Notes: generated by a model not told the origin, from the letters alone. Positions 9,165 to 18,775 are shown, numbered from the stretch's first letter. The stretch is 64,000 nt of DNA from Candidatus Doudnabacteria bacterium (GCA_963837465.1 CAWINB010000001.1:437646-501645); one strand, 5' to 3'. Program-made: numbers and translations.

Positions 9165-10008
9165 GCTTACCGAACAAATAAAAATTTGCAAAAAAACCCG
9201 GGAGCTGGCGTCTCAAACCGTGGCCGCGGTTTTATCTGAAAATAATTTGTCGGAAACGGGATTCTGCGCGAAATTAGCCCAAAGGCTTTATCAAAAACCC
9301 AATTGGGACCAAGGCTGGTACAGTCCGCCGCCAAAAGGCCTCGCGGCGCTGTTCGGTGTTGGGCGCGTGGCTTACGACAGCTTGCGCAAAGAAGAATTCT
9401 GGCCCAAAAACCGGTTTATTTTTTCCGGCGGTTCACTGGGTTACGTTTATGCCTCGCCAGTTAACAGGCTTAGCGGGATAATCGGCGATTTTGGCCTTAC
9501 AATTTATAAAGGCGCTGACCAAAAAATTATCAATCATATAAAAGTCTGTCTGGATATTACGGAAAAAACCGCCGAATACGCGCGGGCGGGTATGGAACTC
9601 CGGGAGGTTTACAATTACTGCCAGAAGCTGATGGCCGAAAAAGGCCTCAACAATAAAAGGATGCTGGCATATAATGACAAAACCAAAACTAACATAGGGC
9701 ATACTGTCCCCTGGAGTCATAAGCGGCCTTTGGATGAAGAATTTAAGATAATTGAAGATTCAAATTTTGAAAAACTTAAAGATCTCATCAGCTCAAAGCG
9801 GATAACATTAAACGCGCGAGAAACTTTTAAAATTCCCCCAACCATTGCTTTTACAATTGAACCTCGTATGGAAAACGACGAGAGTCCACTTGTCTCATTT
9901 CATATGATTGTGGCTTTTAAAGATGGCAAAAAAGAAATCCTGGCAAATTTCAAACCGGTTTTTCAGGCCTTAAATATGGATAAATTAATTGTCAGCAAGT
10001 ATGATTAA
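9157..10008 (+). CDS. M24 metallopeptidase/creatinase-fold-like protein
   Basis: GDFGLT, IGH, FTIEP motifs; overlaps purD stop. Confidence 0.55.
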   Translation: MFELTEQIKICKKTRELASQTVAAVLSENNLSETGFCAKLAQRLYQKPNWDQGWYSPPPKGLAALFGVGRVAYDSLRKEEFWPKNRFIFSGGSLGYVYASPVNRLSGIIGDFGLTIYKGADQKIINHIKVCLDITEKTAEYARAGMELREVYNYCQKLMAEKGLNNKRMLAYNDKTKTNIGHTVPWSHKRPLDEEFKIIEDSNFEKLKDLISSKRITLNARETFKIPPTIAFTIEPRMENDESPLVSFHMIVAFKDGKKEILANFKPVFQALNMDKLIVSKYD

Positions 10009-10672
10009 ACTCATTGCTTTTGACTGGAATGGCACTTTGCTTTCGGATGCCGCCCTTACCGTTAAAGCCGAAAATAAGGCTTTAACAGCTGTAGGGGTAA
10101 AGCCAATAACCCTGACAGAATTTAGGGAAGCTTTTGACATACCTATAACAAAATATTGGAAAAATATCGGTTTCTCGGACAAATTCGCTAAAGCCAACCT
10201 CCGGACTCTTGAAGACGTGTTTCATTTAAACTATAAAAAAATGACGGCCAAGGCAGAAACACGCTCGGGGGTCAGGGAAATTTTAAAATGGTTGAAAAAA
10301 ATAAGAATTAAAACGGTTATTTACAGCAACCACGACATACCGGACATTAAAAGACATTTGTCCCGACTAAAATTAAGCGGACTCCTGGATGAGGTCTTAG
10401 CCAACAAAGCGGACGAGCGGCTGCAGGTTTTTATAAGGCATAAGGGTGAAAAGCTTCACCGTTACTGCCTGAAAAATAAAATTAAGCCTCACGAAATAAT
10501 TTCCGTTGGAGATATGGAAGAGGAAATAGACATTGCCAAAAAATACGGCTACCACAGTGTCGCGCTTACCGGAGGTTTTAATTCCACCGTCCAGCTAAAA
10601 AGTAAGCATCCTGACTTTTTAATCAACAACATGAGAGAACTTATAGGGATTATCAAAAAGCTTAATTCCTGA
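10001..10672 (+). CDS. HAD-family hydrolase
   Basis: FDWNGTL motif I, SN motif II, VGD...DI motif IV. Confidence 0.85.
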   Translation: MIKLIAFDWNGTLLSDAALTVKAENKALTAVGVKPITLTEFREAFDIPITKYWKNIGFSDKFAKANLRTLEDVFHLNYKKMTAKAETRSGVREILKWLKKIRIKTVIYSNHDIPDIKRHLSRLKLSGLLDEVLANKADERLQVFIRHKGEKLHRYCLKNKIKPHEIISVGDMEEEIDIAKKYGYHSVALTGGFNSTVQLKSKHPDFLINNMRELIGIIKKLNS

Positions 10673-10716
10673 TAATATAAAGTTATAAATCTAATATTCT
10701 AAATCTTACATCTTAT

Positions 10717-11229
10717 ATGAATCCACTTGTAGGAATTCTAATGGGTAGTGACAGCGACCTTAATGTGATGCGGGAGGCGGCCAAGGTTTTGGAGGAATTT
10801 GGCGTGGGTTATGAAATAACCGTTTGTTCGGCCCATCGCACCCCGGAACGGGCGCATAAGTACGCGTCTACGGCAGTCGAAAGAGGCCTTAAAGTTATTG
10901 TTGCCAGCGCTGGCGGCGCGGCGCATTTAGCTGGAGTTATGGCGGCCAATACAACTCTGCCTGTTATTGGCGTGCCTATCAATTGGAAACTTAATGGCCT
11001 GGATTCCCTGCTATCCACCGCGCAAATGCCGCCGGGCGTTCCTGTGGCTACAGTAGGAATAGACGCCGGCAAAAACGCCGGACTGTTAGCCGTGCAAATT
11101 TTGGCAACGGCCGATGAAGCTTTAAGCAAAAAGCTTACCGACTACAAAACCAAAATGGCGGAACAAATAAACGCCAAAGCTAAAAAATTGGAAGAGATGG
11201 GGTATAAAAAATATTTGGAATCAAAGTAA
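10717..11229 (+). CDS. purE: N5-CAIR mutase / AIR carboxylase
   Basis: [30 protein letters not shown]. Confidence 0.96.
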   Translation: MNPLVGILMGSDSDLNVMREAAKVLEEFGVGYEITVCSAHRTPERAHKYASTAVERGLKVIVASAGGAAHLAGVMAANTTLPVIGVPINWKLNGLDSLLSTAQMPPGVPVATVGIDAGKNAGLLAVQILATADEALSKKLTDYKTKMAEQINAKAKKLEEMGYKKYLESK

Positions 11230-11230
11230 A

Positions 11231-11298
11231 TGTAGTTAGCCCTATTTTCTGGGCTGTCCCCTACCATAAATTAACAGCCGATAAATCGGCTAACTACA
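11231..11298. repeat. REP doublet, purE-purM intergenic
   Basis: TGTAGTTAGCCC...CAGCCGATAAATCGGCTAACTACA. Confidence 0.9.
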
Positions 11299-11306
11299 AA
11301 AACACG

Positions 11307-12440
11307 ATGACTAAATCAGAATACGCCAAATCCGGAGTGGACTATACTGTTATGGAGCCTTTTAAGATGGCTATGATCGCGGCCGGGAAGAAGACTTTAA
11401 AGTTCCCCAATAAGCGGAGGGTTTTTATTAACGAAGACGCGGCGCACGCCCACGGCGCCGTGTTTGAATACAGAGGCGCAAGTCCGCACATTTGGTGCCA
11501 GACCCAGGAAGATTTAGGGAACAAAAACTGGATAGCGGAATGGATGTATGAAAGGACGGGAAAAAGTTATTATGATTCCATAGCGATTGATACCGCGCTA
11601 ATTGTGGTCAACGATGTTATTGCCCAGGGCGCTATGCCCGTGGTTTTTACGGACCAACTGGAAGCATCGGAAAGTTCCTGGTATGCCGACGAAAAACGGG
11701 CTAAAGATTTCGCGGACGGATTTTTAAAAATCTGCGAGGAAGTCGGTATGGCTTTGCCGGCCGGCGAAAGCGCCAGTTGCACTTATTTGATTAACCCCAA
11801 GGCTCCGGTAAAACAAATTGCCACATTAAGCGGCTCGGTTACAGGAATTGTCGCGCCCAAACAAAATTTAATTACGGGACAAAAATTGCAGGCAGGAGAT
11901 CACATCATAGCGGTGTCATCATCTGGCCTGCACGCCAACGGAATTTCTTTGGTCATAAAAAAGGCCATGGAGTTGCCGGAGCAGTTTTTAACGAAAATTG
12001 ATACTGACGGCATGCCCCGGCATGCCGCTACGATCGGAGAACAAGCTTTAATCCCCACGCGATCTTACGTTAAGTTAATAGAAACGCTTTTGGAAAACCG
12101 GATTAAAATCCACGCCTTGCTCCCCGGCACCGGCGACGGCGTGGGCAAAATCGCCTTTGACCACCGCAGCTTTACTTACCGTATACATTCCTGGCTGCCT
12201 GTGCCGCCGCTTATGCGCTATTTTAAAGATGTGATAGGAATTAACATCCAGGACTGCCTAAAAACCTTTAACTGGGGTGTCGGCTACTATATTTTTACTC
12301 CGGCCGAGGAAGTTGATAGAATACTTAAGCTGGGTAAGCAGGCTGGTTACGAACTCGCGGATGTGGGAATTGTAGAAGCCGGAAAAAGACAAACAATTTT
12401 TGAACCTGAGAATATAACATTAAACCCTCCGGGGGAGTAA
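11307..12440 (+). CDS. purM: AIR synthetase (divergent PurM)
   Basis: YAKSGVD, VND..AQGA.P, SSGLHANG, FNWGVG; operon context. Confidence 0.85.
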   Translation: MTKSEYAKSGVDYTVMEPFKMAMIAAGKKTLKFPNKRRVFINEDAAHAHGAVFEYRGASPHIWCQTQEDLGNKNWIAEWMYERTGKSYYDSIAIDTALIVVNDVIAQGAMPVVFTDQLEASESSWYADEKRAKDFADGFLKICEEVGMALPAGESASCTYLINPKAPVKQIATLSGSVTGIVAPKQNLITGQKLQAGDHIIAVSSSGLHANGISLVIKKAMELPEQFLTKIDTDGMPRHAATIGEQALIPTRSYVKLIETLLENRIKIHALLPGTGDGVGKIAFDHRSFTYRIHSWLPVPPLMRYFKDVIGINIQDCLKTFNWGVGYYIFTPAEEVDRILKLGKQAGYELADVGIVEAGKRQTIFEPENITLNPPGE

Positions 12441-12441
12441 A

Positions 12442-12518
12442 AGTATCTGGTATTTTGTATAGTATTTAGCATGGAGACGCTTTGATACTAAATACTATAT
12501 ACAAAATACTTAATACTA
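12442..12518. repeat. Inverted array of heptamers (AGTATTT / AAATACT)
   Basis: Directly visible in the purM-purC spacer. Confidence 0.75.
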
Positions 12519-12524
12519 CAAAAT

Positions 12525-13526
12525 ATGGACAAACAAACCATTGAAAAAAACTTAGACAGGGTGTTGGAAAAAACAGTTTTTTCCGCCAAAGGCGGATCCG
12601 CCTCCGGCGGAAAAAACCTTAACCTCGGCCAACGGCGGCAAGGGAAGGTGCGGGATATTTATACCCAAGCTGATAAGATTATTTTAGTATCAACCGATCG
12701 CTATAGCGCTTTTGACCGAAACCTGGCGCTTATTCCATTTAAGGGCCAAGTATTAACCCAGGTCAGCAAGTGGTGGTTTGAGCAGACCAAGGATATTATC
12801 CAGAACCATCTTATAGAAAGTCCGGACCCTAACGTGGTGGTGGTAAAAAAATGCTCGGTCATTCCAATAGAAATGGTGGTAAGGGGTTACATTACGGGCG
12901 TGACCGGCACATCTTTATGGACTTTGTACCAAAACGGCCAGCGGGATTTTGGCGACTTTACATTGCCGGACGGGATGAAAAAAAACCAAAAATTGGACAA
13001 GCCGGTGCTGACTCCCACGACCAAATCCGACGAGCACGACAAACCGCTGACGACCAAAGAAATAATTGAACAAAAAATCGTGCCCAAAGAACTGTGGAAA
13101 CAATTAGCAAGCACGGCGACCAAACTTTTTATCCGTGGTCAGGAGCTGGCTTTACAGCACGGGTTAATTTTAGTGGATACTAAGTATGAGTTTGGATTGG
13201 CTGATGATGGTAGGCTGATGTTAATAGACGAAATCCACACGCCGGATTCATCGCGCTACTGGCAGGCGGATTCCTACCAGGCCAGAATAGACGAAGGAAA
13301 AGAACCGCAGAATTTTGACAAAGAATTTTTAAGGTTGTGGTTTAAGGAAAATTCAAACCCCTACGAAGACAAAATTTTACCAAAAGCTCCCTCAGATATG
13401 ATAGCGGAACTTTCTTCCCGCTACATCCAGATTTTTGAACAAATTACCGGGGAAAAATTTGAGGCTGATTTGGACACGCCGATTGTGGAGAGGATAGAAA
13501 AGAATTTAAGACGTTTCGGAGTGTAG
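12525..13526 (+). CDS. purC: SAICAR synthase
   Basis: GKVRDIY, DRYSAFD, VDTKYEFG, DEIHTPDSSR. Confidence 0.96.
   Translation: MDKQTIEKNLDRVLEKTVFSAKGGSASGGKNLNLGQRRQGKVRDIYTQADKIILVSTDRYSAFDRNLALIPFKGQVLTQVSKWWFEQTKDIIQNHLIESPDPNVVVVKKCSVIPIEMVVRGYITGVTGTSLWTLYQNGQRDFGDFTLPDGMKKNQKLDKPVLTPTTKSDEHDKPLTTKEIIEQKIVPKELWKQLASTATKLFIRGQELALQHGLILVDTKYEFGLADDGRLMLIDEIHTPDSSRYWQADSYQARIDEGKEPQNFDKEFLRLWFKENSNPYEDKILPKAPSDMIAELSSRYIQIFEQITGEKFEADLDTPIVERIEKNLRRFGV
12576..12617. repeat. Double-hairpin palindrome in-frame inside purC
   Basis: TCCGCCAAAGGCGGA-TCCGCCTCCGGCGGA encoding SAKGGSASGG. Confidence 0.8.
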
Positions 13527-13604
13527 TTAGCCCATTTATGGGCTGTTGAAATATTACTGTTGTTATTTAATAGTTTTGAACAGCCCATAAATGGGCTAAC
13601 TACA
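13522..13604. repeat. REP doublet, purC-purB junction; supplies the purC TAG stop
   Basis: TGTAGTTAGCCCATTTATGGGCTGTT...AACAGCCCATAAATGGGCTAACTACA. Confidence 0.9.
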
Positions 13605-13607
13605 ACT

Positions 13608-14993
13608 ATGCTAAACTCCATCTCTCCTATCGACGGCCGCTACGGCAAAACCACCGAATCTTTAGCTAAATATTTCAGCGAAGCCGCGCTTATGAAATTC
13701 CGCCTTATTGTTGAAGGTGAATATTTAATCGCGCTGGCGGATTTAAAAGTCGCGCGGAAATTATCGGACAAAGAAAAGCAAACCATCCGCTCTTTGTATA
13801 ACTTGTCTGAAACCGATGCCCAAATAATTTCCGATATAGAAACCAGGGGCTACAAAAACATAAAAGCCACGGACCATGACGTTAAAGCCGTGGAGTATTT
13901 TATGAAGTATAAACTGGCAGAGACATCATTAAAAGATATTTTGGAATATCTGCATTTTGCGCTGACTTCCTATGATACCAATACTGTTGCTCGTGGATTA
14001 ATGCTAAGCGACGGCTTGGGGAACATCTTGCTGCCAAAAATTGATGAAATCATCAAAGCTTTAAACACTCTGGCAAAAAAATATGTTAGGCTGGCAATTT
14101 TAGCCCGCACTCACGGCCAGCCCGCTTCTCCAACGACTTTTGGCAAGGAATTTAAAGTCTTTGCGTTTCGTCTGGAAAAACAAATTCGATTACTTAAAAA
14201 TTTAAAAGTTTCGGTCAAATTCAGCGGCGCCAGCGGCAACTACAATGCCCATATGGCAGCTTATCCTAAAATTAATTGGTTAAAATTTTCGCAAAAATTC
14301 GTGGGGGGGTTTAATAAAAATCGAGCGGTTAAAATCGAGCTGAACGAAATTGCCACCCAAATTGACCCTCACGACCGCGAAGCGGAAATTTTTGACTGCC
14401 TGCGCCGCATTAATACTATCCTCATAGATTTTAACCAGGACATCTGGCGCTATATTTCCGATGATTGGATTGTTCAAAAACCAGTTGAGGGCGCCGTCGG
14501 CAGCAGCACAATGCCGCACAAAGTTAATCCGATTAAATTTGAGAACAGCGAAGGCAACCTGGGGCTGGCCAACGCGCTGTTTGAATTTTTCGCCCGCAAA
14601 CTGCCTGTTAGCCGGCTGCAAAGGGACTTGTCGGATTCCACGGTTGAGAGAAATTTCGGGACCGCTTTGGCGCACTGCTTAATCGCCTACGAATATCTGC
14701 TCAAAGGATTGTCGCGAATAACCATTAACGAACAAAAAGTCCGCGCCGACTTAAACAGCCATCCGGAAATTTTGGCCGAAGCCATGCAAACCGTCCTGCG
14801 GCGCGAAGGCCTTAAAATGCCTTATGAACAACTAAAGGAATTAACCCGCGGCAGACAAATCACTCTGGCTGACCTTCATAAATTTATTGGCGAGCTGAAC
14901 ATTAGCGATAAAGTAAAAAAAGAGCTCAAAACGTTTACTCCGGAAAATTATATTGGCCTGGCAAGCAAATTATCATCGGATAAATTTAAATAA
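13608..14993 (+). CDS. purB: Adenylosuccinate lyase
   Basis: SPIDGRY, RTHGQPASPTT, GSSTMPHKVNP, SRLQRDLSDS. Confidence 0.96.
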   Translation: MLNSISPIDGRYGKTTESLAKYFSEAALMKFRLIVEGEYLIALADLKVARKLSDKEKQTIRSLYNLSETDAQIISDIETRGYKNIKATDHDVKAVEYFMKYKLAETSLKDILEYLHFALTSYDTNTVARGLMLSDGLGNILLPKIDEIIKALNTLAKKYVRLAILARTHGQPASPTTFGKEFKVFAFRLEKQIRLLKNLKVSVKFSGASGNYNAHMAAYPKINWLKFSQKFVGGFNKNRAVKIELNEIATQIDPHDREAEIFDCLRRINTILIDFNQDIWRYISDDWIVQKPVEGAVGSSTMPHKVNPIKFENSEGNLGLANALFEFFARKLPVSRLQRDLSDSTVERNFGTALAHCLIAYEYLLKGLSRITINEQKVRADLNSHPEILAEAMQTVLRREGLKMPYEQLKELTRGRQITLADLHKFIGELNISDKVKKELKTFTPENYIGLASKLSSDKFK

Positions 14994-15163
14994 AGGTTCC
15001 CCGCGGCAGAGCTGACGAGGTATTAACGCGGGAGCGGCTATCTTTTCGGAGCGGAGCTCCGCGGTATTGAACCTGTATTAAGACTCCTTCGACCCGGAAA
15101 TTAAACAGCAAGCTATTTAATTTCTCCCGCTCTTACGCCCGCGAATAAAGACACGGCCATTCA

Positions 15164-15209
15164 TCTGGATCCCGGATATTTTTTACAGCCCTAAAAAATT
15201 CCGGGATGG
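15164..15209 (-). repeat. Palindromic element, homolog of 7062-7105
   Basis: TCTGGATCCCGGATATTTTTTACAGCCCTAAAAAATTCCGGGATGG. Confidence 0.7.
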
Positions 15210-15219
15210 ACACATCTAA

Positions 15220-15254
15220 AAAACAGCCCGGGATGTAAATTCGGGGCTGTTTTT
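15220..15254. terminator. Bidirectional intrinsic terminator
   Basis: AAAACAGCCC...GGGCTGTTTTT between converging genes. Confidence 0.7.
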
Positions 15255-15260
15255 ATTTCC

Positions 15261-16448
15261 CTATTTCCCTATTTCCCCGCTAAAATAGTAAGCTGCCAAC
15301 GCCGTGGTTATGGGCACTGCCAAAATCAGCGCGGTACTGCCCACCAGCGCCCGGGCAATTTCCTCGGCCAAAGATTCGCTGTTTATTATTGCCCAAAGCT
15401 GTCCCTGGCCTGTGGTCAAAATAACCAGCAAAAACAAAGGCAGGGAGGCCCCGACATAAGTAAGCACCAAACTGTTGATTAAAGAAGCAATATGCTCTCG
15501 CCCGATTGAACTGCCTTTTTTATAGAGCTGACTGAAAGTTAAGTTATTATCGGCATAAAAAATTTCTTCCACTGCCGCGGATTGCGCCGTGGTAATGTCG
15601 TTTAGGACTCCGAGCGCGCCAATGATAACGCCGCCCAAAAGCAGGCCCTGCAAATTAATGTTGCCCAAAAAACCCTGCTGTAAATAAAAAGCCTCCTGCG
15701 AGCCGTTGCCGATTAACTTCGCGCCGATGATGACAAAATAAGCCGCGGCCTCGGCCAAAGCCAGAGTTACCAAAGTCCCGATAACGGCAATTAGCGTGCG
15801 CTGTTTAAAGCCGTGTGCCAAAAACATTGAGATTAGCGCGATGCTTCCGGCGCCGACCACAGTAACAACGGTGGGGTTTTTTCCGGCAATAATATTGGGC
15901 GCGATAAAAAAAATTAAAATTCCGATGCTCACGCAAAGGCCGATTACGGAAGTCAGTCCCCTTAAACGGCCAATTGCCACGGCCAAAAGCAAAAACGCCG
16001 CGGCCAGCCATTCAAGCGCGGGCAGGCGGTAACGGTCCACCAGCACATAACTGACCGCGTCCGTGCCGCTTCCAAAAATGTCCGCCGATTCCGGTTGCTC
16101 AATTTTTCCCACCACAATCACATCGCCGACCTTAATCTGCTGCAGGCGCAGGCTGGTTAGCTGCTCATCCTGCTGGACTTGCTCCTGCTGCCCTTTTTGG
16201 GAACCGCTTAACAAAGTAACGTTTAAATCTGCCGTAATTCTGGAATAACGCTTGCCCTGTTCCGCAATCTGCCCAGAAACACTGTCCACCCTGGCCTTAT
16301 CCAGTTCGCCGTAAGACAACTGGCTACTATCCGCTGCCTGCACCGCAAACTGCTGGTTATTAACCTTGGGTTCTTTTTCAACCTTGTACCAACCAAAAGC
16401 CAAAATAATTGCGCAAACAACAACAAAGCCGACTAAATATTTCTTCAT
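15261..16448 (-). CDS. YibE/F-family membrane protein
   Basis: GALGVLNDIT, IGREHIASLINSLVLTYVGASLP motifs; multiple TM segments. Confidence 0.85.
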   Translation of the reverse strand: MKKYLVGFVVVCAIILAFGWYKVEKEPKVNNQQFAVQAADSSQLSYGELDKARVDSVSGQIAEQGKRYSRITADLNVTLLSGSQKGQQEQVQQDEQLTSLRLQQIKVGDVIVVGKIEQPESADIFGSGTDAVSYVLVDRYRLPALEWLAAAFLLLAVAIGRLRGLTSVIGLCVSIGILIFFIAPNIIAGKNPTVVTVVGAGSIALISMFLAHGFKQRTLIAVIGTLVTLALAEAAAYFVIIGAKLIGNGSQEAFYLQQGFLGNINLQGLLLGGVIIGALGVLNDITTAQSAAVEEIFYADNNLTFSQLYKKGSSIGREHIASLINSLVLTYVGASLPLFLLVILTTGQGQLWAIINSESLAEEIARALVGSTALILAVPITTALAAYYFSGEIGK

Positions 16449-16551
16449 ACAAATATTTTAGCATAAATATGGCTTGTCACTACGCGGGATGTTAAAGGTA
16501 CGATAAATATAAGGATAGGAAGGATACATTTGCTAAACGCACCGCCTTTGT

Positions 16552-17085
16552 TTAAGCCTTATTAATTTGCATTAGATATTCCGGTTCGGTTTCATCAGGC
16601 AACCGCACGGTTTTTAAATATCTAAAACCGGCTTTTTCGTAAGCTTTTATGGCTCCAATATTTTTAGGCTCTGGTCCGACTACGCAACTAACAATTTCTG
16701 GTTTGGTGAATACAATGTCTGCTAAAAAGTTTTTTATAATCTCCGCGCCCAACCCCTTATGGATGTAGTTAATGTCGCCGATAAACAGATCAAGCCCAGC
16801 GGCTTCTTCGTTTAATTCCAGATGCCTGCTATATTCAGGATAATCTTTGATTAGATAAGTTTGAATGTAGCCAATTGGCATGTCGTAATAGAAAATAATA
16901 TAACTTTGAGTGGATTCATTTTCTTTAAGAATTGAATTATATTTTTCAGCAACTGCTTGAAAATCAGATAGATCCTTATTTTTATCGTACCATTGTTTAA
17001 CGTGAGGCTGATTGTGTCAAAGGTGCAATAACATCAAGTCTTTTTCTTGTATAGGCCTAAAACCAAATTGGCTATTTACGATCAT
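16552..17085 (-). pseudogene. GNAT acetyltransferase (AAC(6')-like) with in-frame TGA at codon 23
   Basis: Manual extension MIVNSQFGFRPIQEKDLMLLHL*HNQPHVKQWY... in frame with 16552-16881 (IGYIQTY, KGLG, PEPKN..AIKAYEKAGF). Confidence 0.8.
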
Positions 17086-17147
17086 ATTTTAATTATATCA
17101 AAAATTGGTTTCACCATCCCATCTTGCCTATGCTATAGCGACATCCC

Positions 17148-17984
17148 CTACCTGGCGCCTACCACAAACCTCGTCGCTACGTATGCCAAAAAGGTAATGG
17201 TGGTGATAAAAAAGCTTACCGGGTATGGGAGATAGAAAGAAAGAAATAAGCTGATCCACGTAGCGGCCAAAGCTAGGGCTACGGATATGGCTATGCCCTG
17301 GGCGGGACGCCGGGCCAGTTGCTGGGCTACGGCCGCTGGGGTAACCATCAGCGCGAATATCAAAAGAACGCCGACTACCTGCACCGCTATGGAAGTAGCG
17401 ACGGCGACCAGCAGCATAAAGGCCGCGCCTATCCAAAAAATTGATATGCCCCTGGCCTCGGCGACATCTTCATCCAAAGATGTAAACAGCAAAGGACGAT
17501 ACATAACGGCAACCGCGATCATAAGCAGCAGCCCGGCTATGGCTGTCACCACTACATCGCCGCGGCTTATGCCCAGTATTTCCCCAAACAACAGCGAGTA
17601 AGCTTCGGTGGCATAACCGGAATAGAGGCTTATAAACAGCACGCCTATGCCGAGCATAAAAGCCAGCACGGTGCCGATTTGAACGTCTCGCGTGGCCGCT
17701 TTACGCCCAAGTATGGCGATGGCAAAACCGCCGCCGCAGGTAAAAACCAAAAGTCCCACAAGCGGATTTAAACCAAACAGCACGGCGCCGGCCGCTCCGG
17801 CAAACCCGATATGGGACAGCGCGTGCGCCGCGAATGACGACCGCCGCAGGACTATAAAATAGCCGATGACTCCGGCCACAACAGCGACAACCGTTCCCGC
17901 TTCAAAAGCGTGGCGCATAAAATCATACTGCCACATTGAAGCCAGGTCGCCGATGATATTAAAACTAAAATTAATGCTGTTCAT
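17148..17984 (-). CDS. Zn/Mn ABC transporter permease (ZnuB-like)
   Basis: HALSH, D..A.ARG, VVGVLLI.ALM..PA motifs. Confidence 0.9.
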   Translation of the reverse strand: MNSINFSFNIIGDLASMWQYDFMRHAFEAGTVVAVVAGVIGYFIVLRRSSFAAHALSHIGFAGAAGAVLFGLNPLVGLLVFTCGGGFAIAILGRKAATRDVQIGTVLAFMLGIGVLFISLYSGYATEAYSLLFGEILGISRGDVVVTAIAGLLLMIAVAVMYRPLLFTSLDEDVAEARGISIFWIGAAFMLLVAVATSIAVQVVGVLLIFALMVTPAAVAQQLARRPAQGIAISVALALAATWISLFLSFYLPYPVSFFITTITFLAYVATRFVVGAR

Positions 17985-18765
17985 GGTGGTGGGGCGTTTC
18001 ATCTATGCCGATTATGGCAATTCTTCCGCGGGAATCTTTTAATACTTCCACCGGGATGTCGTAAAGTTTTGTCAGCGCCTCCGAAGTTAAAACCTCGGAC
18101 GGCTTTCCGTTGGTTAAGCGGCCATTGGCCACATAAATGACCCGGTCCAGCACCGACAGGAGCGGATTAATGTTATGGGCTATCAACAAAACCGTAACGC
18201 CCCTTAAGCGCACAACATCATTAATCAGCTGGACGAAATCAGACTCCCTGCGGATATCCAAATTGGCCAAAGGCTCGTCCAAAAGCAGAAGTTCCGGCTC
18301 CCCGACCAAGCTTTCGGCCAAAAATACTCTCTGCAGCTCCCCGCCTGACAGCGCGCCCAAACGGCGGTGCGCCAGATTTTCCGCGCCCACAATTTTAAGC
18401 ACATCCATGGCTTTATCGGTGGCATCTTTCCCCATGCTTATTCCAAAACGATTTCCATTAAGTCCCAACCGTACAATTTCCAGGGCTTCTATTCCTGTTT
18501 CAGCGTCTATGGGATGCCTTTGGGGAATATAGCCGATCCTGTGGTCGCCGCGGCTGGGACTCTTGCCAAAAACAGACAAAGATCCCGTTAGCGGCCGGGT
18601 CAAGCCCAGCAAAAGCCGGAACAGAGTTGTCTTTCCGGCTCCGTTGGGGCCAAGCACCGCCACAAATTCGCCCTTTTCTATGGAGAAACGGGCGTCCTGC
18701 CAAACCATTTTATCCTTATAGCCGGCCGACAGATTATTGGCCGCGATGACAATGTCTTTGTTCAT
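17971..18765 (-). CDS. Zn/Mn ABC transporter ATPase (ZnuC-like)
   Basis: GPNGAGKT, LSGGELQR, LLDEP; His-rich C-terminus. Confidence 0.9.
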   Translation of the reverse strand: MNKDIVIAANNLSAGYKDKMVWQDARFSIEKGEFVAVLGPNGAGKTTLFRLLLGLTRPLTGSLSVFGKSPSRGDHRIGYIPQRHPIDAETGIEALEIVRLGLNGNRFGISMGKDATDKAMDVLKIVGAENLAHRRLGALSGGELQRVFLAESLVGEPELLLLDEPLANLDIRRESDFVQLINDVVRLRGVTVLLIAHNINPLLSVLDRVIYVANGRLTNGKPSEVLTSEALTKLYDIPVEVLKDSRGRIAIIGIDETPHHHEQH

Positions 18766-18775
18766 TTATTATTGC

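Noticed and set aside
881-13604. CRISPR array formed by the palindromic repeats
   Set aside because: Copies are dispersed inverted doublets without regular spacers, and no cas genes are present
13560-13607. Extended purB N-terminus from TTG 13560
   Set aside because: Lies within the REP doublet; ATG 13608 matches the family start
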